From: Schizosaccharomyces osmophilus
Lineage: Eukaryota
Direction: 5' to 3'
DNA length: 64,000 nt
NCBI RefSeq assembly: GCF_027921745.1
Contig: NC_079238.1
Coordinates: 2,418,001 to 2,482,000, forward strand
The position numbers and the translations under genes were made by a program. The notes under the pieces were generated by a model that saw only the letters and a program-made list of their open reading frames with translations, was not told the DNA's origin and made no database searches. How positions within the stretch are numbered: position 1 is the stretch's first letter; every line of letters begins with the position of its first letter. Of the stretch, positions 62,496 to 64,000 are shown piece by piece.

Positions 62496-63388
62496 TTTAA
62501 AGGATTTCTATTTTTTTTTCCAATTCGTAGAATTAAAAATTAATAGGTTGCGAATAATAGGTAGAAAAGGTATAGAGATGAAACCTATAATTACTAAAAA
62601 GGCTGTAAGGGTGTATGAAATGCGAATAAATTCCCTGTAGAAAAAGGAAATATTCAATTTAATCCAAGATAAAAGAAGGCTAGCTGATTCACCATGGAAT
62701 TGAGAAGCTCGCAAGTGGTATAAAGATTTTTGAAAATGATGGAGGGTGGACGTGTGGATTTTAGACCCTTGGCGTAGAACTATGAGCGGAAATCCAGTAA
62801 CTGACATCTTGCATTTTTCCAAGCATAATACGTTATACACGAATAAATCTTGATAAAAAAATTGCTTAGCCTTGCTACAAATACCTTGATGGCCGAGATG
62901 CTTGCTGCTAAAGGGACGACAGCAAGAAACTTTGGACATGCGGCCAAGGCTTGGTTGGTAGGCTTATGAAAGGCATGAGAAATCTTCTTAACCTACAAAT
63001 ATATTCTAGTCAACAGTGCCGTTCCTGTTCATTGGTACAAAGGGAGAAATAACTATAAGAGGTTTACTAGTACATATATAAAGTTTAGCATTGTAGAATT
63101 TAAGAAACGAAATACTTCCAATTATTAGGAAAAAAGCAAGCTGCTAGTCGTAAACACAATTGTTGATACCTTAACTAAGGTAGTTGCTGAAGTGAGAAAC
63201 ACTATTGAATCCGTCAAGGATTAAGACCAAAAGACAATTCAAATATGAATCTCAAGAAGCTTATATTTAAGGAAAGTGTTGCCAATGAACAGATAGATCT
63301 TCCAATGAGTATCATAAATACAAATAGAACATATAAACACGCGAGAGAAGGAGGGGTCAATTAATACGTATCTTACACGCTTTATACA

Positions 63389-64000
<612 letters not shown>

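Noticed and set aside
62508..62939. 143-aa minus-strand ORF ending just before opa3
   Set aside because: No recognisable family and atypical composition; not supportable as a gene from sequence alone.

Overview
Gene-dense, intron-containing fission-yeast DNA (genus Schizosaccharomyces). It is probably not S. pombe; the divergence level and a dispersed 5S rDNA suggest the S. octosporus/S. osmophilus/S. cryophilus group (inference). From my recall of the proteins, the gene order follows the S. pombe chromosome II cosmids SPBC2D10-SPBC2A9-SPBC1703: clr1 (partial), mhf1, pth1, myo51, est1, rhp23, nap2, fib1, snr1/EHD3, yml6, Imp1-type peptidase, rep1, exg3, aly2, DUF866, orc6, iss9/THP3, bmc1, plp2, sec22, hpz1, nus1, tvp23, san1, a WD40 gene, vps33, top1, a mitochondrial phosphate carrier, ubp9, opa3 and ypt1 (partial). 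Two segments fall outside that housekeeping backbone. (1) A heavily frameshifted copy of only the GyrA/ParC-like DNA-cleavage half of topoisomerase II (about 19.6-21.1 kb, minus strand), with a possible first exon of its own and a Mei4/FLEX motif upstream. (2) A Pol III cluster (two identical head-to-head tRNA-Pro(AGG) genes plus a 5S rRNA gene) followed by an intact CENP-B/Cbp1-family ORF that lacks its DNA-binding head. Also noted: a 73-aa two-exon gene missed by the ORF track, a rep1 ortholog with no visible zinc finger, and a structured fib1 intron. Gene names come from recognition and synteny, not from database searches.
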